The translations under genes and the position numbers were made by a program. From positions 7,615,975-7,667,560 of the forward strand of contig NC_068992.1 in the NCBI RefSeq assembly GCF_001194135.2: DNA of 51,586 bases, read 5' to 3'. The stretch is from Octopus bimaculoides (taxonomy: Eukaryota). The notes under the pieces are model-generated. The model saw only the letters and a program-made list of their open reading frames with translations. It was not told the DNA's origin and searched no databases. Shown here one piece after another: positions 47,601-51,586 of this stretch; within the stretch, counting starts at the first letter, position 1, and the number at the start of each line of letters is the position of its first letter.

Positions 47601-49776
47601 TCTTCCTCCCCACCAAGAAAGATGAAAAGTCAATTCCTCTCTCAGAACAATGCATTCAGTAAAGGCTATTGTTCACAACTGTATCTGATATTTCAGAAGA
47701 CAAATACGTGAAGACAAATGATACAGAGAAAAACTTACCCATCTGCTACAAAGAACTGACCATCAGACATAACAGCAACACTTGAGGGTTGACAGAAATG
47801 CTGTTTATCATTACCAGGACGGAAGCGTTCTCCTAATTCTAAGTCAAGTTTTCTCACTCCAGCAGAGAAACGGAAAACCTCAAAGTGAAAAAAAAGTTCC
47901 TTTGAAAATTAAAACTAAACTAGAAAGGGTTTCTGCATTTAAGCAAAACTGCAAAAATAGTAACACAAAGTATTGTTATTTAAGGTATACCAGCATGAAC
48001 AATGGACATTAAATGATGATACTGATGATGATGATGATGATGAATGAGCTTAATATTTACCTGATGTAAAGCAACATCGGTCAACCAAACAGAACCATTT
48101 TTATCAACTGTTATTCCATGGGGCATAAAAAACCTGCAAGAGAAGTATTTCTGTAAATAGAGCTTACTCCAATTATTATTCATCGGAACAGAATGAGCTG
48201 GGTGAAAGATAAGAGAGACAGAAAGCTTATTTTGAAACCTAGCTGTGTAAGGCTCTGTATGAATTTTGCTAAATTTGATTATTAGTGATAAGAGCTATTG
48301 GATAGATATAGGGACTATAACAGAGTGGATAGAGTAAGCTAGGGAATTTTTGGTAATTTAAATTTACACTCTCAGTAATAAGGAAAAGCATTAGCTAGAT
48401 GACTAAATGTGGTCATTTATAACAGAATAGGATGTAAAAACTATTTATACAAGTACTGGATGTAATGGCTATTTACACATCTACTAGATGTAATAGCGAA
48501 TGGAGCTCATTAATACTACTGATTAATTAAATCATTTTGCTTAGTTTTATTTGTTGAAGGCAACAAAAATAATATACTGAAAATTATAACTTACGTATTA
48601 TTACCCCATTGGTTTAGTAATTTTCCTTCTTTGCTGAAGACTACAATTGTTGGAACTAAAATTGGTTTGTTTTGATCCTGGAAAATGTTACTTTTATTGA
48701 AGGATCTGGAATGGAAATATATAACACAAAAATAAAGAAATAGAAAAACAAAAATGATACTTAACATGAAACAGAAATTTGATAAAAGGAAAATAAGCAA
48801 GGAACATTTAAGTTTAATTAAAATTCAGTTTAGCTCTTTTTTGGGGAGATGTGGGGTAATGATAAAAAAATATGTTTTAAAAATTAGTTATCCCCAGATA
48901 CTTCTCACCCTTATATAAATGCAGAGCAACCATATATCTTTTCTCTACTTCAAGACACTTCTTCTTACCCCAGCATAAAAACACTTTCAAATACTACCCA
49001 ACACTTAGTTAAAGCTTTTGCATGAAAATAGCACCCAGTATACACTGTAAAGTGGTTGGCATTAAGAAGTGCATCCAGCCGTAGAAACCATGCCAAAGCC
49101 GACATGGAACATGATTGTTATGAATTATAATATCCTAATGTTAATTCCTTTCTACAGTAGTAAATAATAGATAAAAAATATAAATATCTTATTTTGTAGT
49201 GAGTACGAAAATGCAGCATAGTGTTGAATGACGTTGATAGATACTTTATATAAAACAACGTATCTTAATTGTTGGACAGCCGTGATTAACGGATTACATG
49301 GTGAGCAGGATTAAAATTTGAATAAAAACCTTCTTTGAGGTGGTTTATGACAATGATACAGCCCTGTGACTCACTGGATCCTTTCAACCCATCCAACCCA
49401 TGCCAGTATGGAAAACAGGTGTTGTAAGATGATGATGAAGAATTTATCTGGGAAAGAGAAGTTCCCATAACTAGAACAAACTTCTTCCCCAGACTGGAAT
49501 CCACCCTGAACATCTACAAATCAATGACTGCAGGAAAATGTGGGTAAATAAATATGCATTACATTTGACAGAGTGATCTGATTCCTAAAATGTTAATTAT
49601 CAGGATTTAAGCACAAAAGGGGAAAACAAATAATAATAAAAAATCTCACCTTGTATTCCAGATTTGAGGTCCTCGATGAAAAACATGTACACTGCCATCA
49701 GGTCCTACACTAACACCACTGACATGGCCAAGGGTTAATCCATTCTTAGCTGGCCAATCAGGTACATAAGTCATAT
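38450..49776 (-). CDS. PAL: Peptidyl-alpha-hydroxyglycine alpha-amidating lyase (PAL) with TM and PAM-type cytosolic tail; 5'-partial. Exons 49776-49650, 48705-48595, 48133-48061, 47878-47739, 46263-46181, 45291-45094, 43605-43493, 42533-42419, 40642-40457, 38637-38450 (1334 nt)
   Basis: Spliced frame contains DWP...GHVSGV...VFHRG, FFMPHGITVD...WLTDVALHQVF, HFCQPSSVAV, DGYCNSRI, HSV, DRGNGRIQCF, FPHDI (PAL NHL-repeat propeller motifs), a hydrophobic helix (VIVGSLLVAPMFFIVLITVFV) and KGFNPLNTEDSDHE. Phases chain with no frameshift. Monofunctional PAL versus bifunctional PAM cannot be settled within this window. Confidence 0.92.
40457..40642 (-). CDS. PAL: PAL linker plus transmembrane exon
   Basis: 186 nt; TTGTAG / GTGAGG; ~21-residue hydrophobic stretch followed by RYYH. 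Confidence 0.88.
41022..42100 (-). mobile_element. Ty3/Gypsy 3' remnant: integrase, PPT and 3' LTR (41022-41200)
   Basis: PWLRLHIDFNGPLNGSYFLVVVDSFSK and IVSDNGMQF...TAPYHHRSDGQPE integrase motifs; PPT AAAAGGGGAGA directly before TGTTATAGG; LTR ends TTTACA. Confidence 0.9.
42419..42533 (-). CDS. PAL: PAL exon (GLGFPHDISVDNKNHAVYVGDLLAKTVWKLQMTTPNIS)
   Basis: 115 nt; TTGCAG / GTATGA; PHD motif, end of PAL domain. Confidence 0.93.
43493..43605 (-). CDS. PAL: PAL exon (GILFAVNGPQNHTKRPCKVFAIDIKTGILLSSWNCPK)
   Basis: 113 nt; TTTCAG / GTTTGT; LFAVNG motif. Confidence 0.92.
45094..45291 (-). CDS. PAL: PAL exon (DGFPAPFVFFIVHSV...CASDRGNGRIQCFD...YCYQH)
   Basis: 198 nt; GTTCAG / GTAGGA; Zn-ligand His and catalytic Arg region. 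Confidence 0.95.
46181..46263 (-). CDS. PAL: PAL exon (YCNSRIMKFSKEGMFLDEWGHSDSTLQ)
   Basis: 83 nt; TTACAG / GTGAGT; catalytic Tyr of GYCNSRI. Confidence 0.92.
47739..47878 (-). CDS. PAL: PAL exon (VFRFSAG...HFCQPSSVAVMSDGQFFVAD-G)
   Basis: 140 nt; TTTGAG / GTAAGT; HFCQP motif. Confidence 0.93.
48061..48133 (-). CDS. PAL: PAL exon (FFMPHGITVDKNGSVWLTDVALHQ)
   Basis: 73 nt; TTGCAG / GTAAAT; Zn-ligand His motif PHG. Confidence 0.95.
48595..48705 (-). CDS. PAL: PAL exon (SFNKSNIFQDQNKPILVPTIVVFSKEGKLLNQWGNN)
   Basis: 111 nt; TTCCAG / GTAAGT. Confidence 0.92.
49650..49776 (-). CDS. PAL: PAL exon (MTYVPDWPAKNGLTLGHVSGVSVGPDGSVHVFHRGPQIWNT)
   Basis: 127 nt; TTGTAG / GTGAGA; start of PAL domain (DWP, VSGV, FHRG). 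Not in the ORF track. Confidence 0.92.
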
Positions 49777-51315
49777 CTACAAGAACCAAATAACATAGAA
49801 CAGTGTATTAAGTCTAATTCTCTGAGAGAATCATGCATTACAAATACTCACATTTCTATCAAGACAGCAACCACAAAAATGCATATATGAAGAGGATAAA
49901 GGAGTAAAATACAGATACACAACTAATGCAGAATAACCATATTAGGTGTAGAAAAAAAATTGACTCATTAATTTAATAAGGCAGCATGAAAACAATAAAA
50001 AACACTTCATTTACAGACATATACACATGCACACATGGGTGCAGATAAGGTTCAGTTATTAAGAAGTTTACTTTACAACTTCATGATTACAGGTTCAATC
50101 TCAGATCACAGCACTTTTAGTCAATACTTTATGAGATCAGTTATTAAATCTGTTTATGCAATTGTGAGTGATGAAAAAATGATACATCCAATAATTTACA
50201 ACAGAAATTTGAAGCATAAAATATGGTGATTATCTAAGAATATAAATTGTGGTTTGGGGAGGATACATTTACATCTGCACTACTGACTTTTATTTTGATA
50301 TAAGATTGCAAATGAACACCAGTACACACTGGAGGAATGACTGGCAAAGGAAGCTCAAACATGACTTTAATAGGGAGATAAAAACTAAATATCCATGATA
50401 TTTAAGCCGGCACTCTATTTTGGCCACCACACTGCCACATACAACATCCAGGGGTGGCTAAATATTTTTGTCTTTCAGCTAGAAAAATTTAATTCCTAGT
50501 ATTTTTCATATTCTTCATGGGTAGTAAAAAAGAAAAGCATGCACAGAAAGACAAGACTTAAATGCACACTATACATACAACAAAATGATAATTATACAAA
50601 ACAGACATAAATAATAGAAGCGGGAGAGAAGTGTAGGAGATTTTTTTTTATTAAAAAGATGAAATTGCTTTTTGTTTCTTTACCAAAACTACATCGAATG
50701 TAGGATACAACCTGAAATATGTTATTGTCATAAAATTTCACTGCAGCAATTAATGAAAGAGTAAACATTTGAACATGCAATGCCTGTATTTTACATGGAA
50801 GTCAGAATAAACAACTGATATTTTGTATTTTATGAGATTAGACATTATAATACCCAATTTGAGAGAGGGAAGCGAGCAACAGACCCTGGAGCTGGAACCA
50901 TGTGTTGATCATTTGTTGAACAATTACTTTACCACTTATAAATTGTTAATTCGTTTATAATTTTATGTTTTGGTTTTAAAGAATGTTTTGAATCATTTTT
51001 GTGTTTCTAAAAGGTTTACTATTTTTTGCATAGTTTAACCAAATATATCTTCTATAGGTGACATGATAGTAACCGTATCCTTCATCAACGGTTTTTCTCC
51101 ACTTAAAATGTAGAAATGAAGATATATGTTCTAAAGAAGAAAAGAGTCACAGCTACTGTTGTGAGTGTAAAGTAAAAGGTTCTTCAAATAGAATGGTTAA
51201 TTGAATGTTCCCCTCACTCCAAGAGGAACCAACCACAGGACAGGAACTGATTCTTGGTATCTGATACACTAATTTCTTTGGGAGAATGTGAGCCCAGCAC
51301 TGCAAGCAAACAAAC

Positions 51316-51580
51316 TGTTATATGGACTGTTAGATATGTAATTCGTCTGACGTTCCGTGTGTCATGTGGTTCGTCTGAGTTCATTGTTTCATTGTTGTTG
51401 TCTTGTGGGACTGTCGTAGTAAAATGTCATTGATATATATATGGCGGACATGACTTTTGTTTATTCATAACGAACATTGGGTGAGTGCGTTCTTTGTATG
51501 TAATTGAACAATAAATGTAATAATTAAATTGTATAACTCGTTATGTTATCTCTGCGAGTCAGTCCGAGGGAAACATAACA
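51316..51580 (+). mobile_element. Solo LTR, 265 bp, with perfect 5-bp TSD
   Basis: TGTTAT...ATAACA inverted termini; CAAAC at 51311-51315 and 51581-51585; internal AATAAA. Confidence 0.85.
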
Positions 51581-51586
51581 CAAACT

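Noticed and set aside
1-51586. CRISPR arrays, operons, rRNA or prokaryotic defence systems
   Set aside because: No regularly spaced repeat-spacer array or prokaryotic gene architecture; recurring repeats are dispersed eukaryotic SINEs and MITEs.

Overview
Eukaryotic, AT-rich, repeat-dense genomic DNA with six N-gaps. The SINE families and microsatellite load look like an octopus (coleoid cephalopod) genome; this is recognised from memory, not searched. Manual splicing recovers two multi-exon genes, both on the minus strand and in tandem. (1) A complete 12-exon calcium/calmodulin-dependent protein kinase IV-like gene, CDS 27605->826, 972 nt, 323 aa. (2) Ten 3' exons of a peptide-amidating enzyme gene, 49776->38450, encoding the PAL lyase domain, a transmembrane helix and a PAM-type cytosolic tail; its 5' end is unresolved. 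All exon phases chain without frameshift and all introns are GT-AG. Introns and the intergenic region hold Gypsy, RTE, CR1/L2-like, R4/Dong-like, mariner and Helitron remnants, solo LTRs, MITEs and many tRNA-derived SINEs. I found no CRISPR array, prokaryotic system or convincing novel multi-gene system. The most interesting leads are a candidate poison micro-exon in CaMKIV, inverted repeats bracketing kinase exons, a Glu->Gly change next to the PAL catalytic Arg, a Ser/Thr-rich kinase activation loop, and the PAL/PAM-CAMK4 adjacency.
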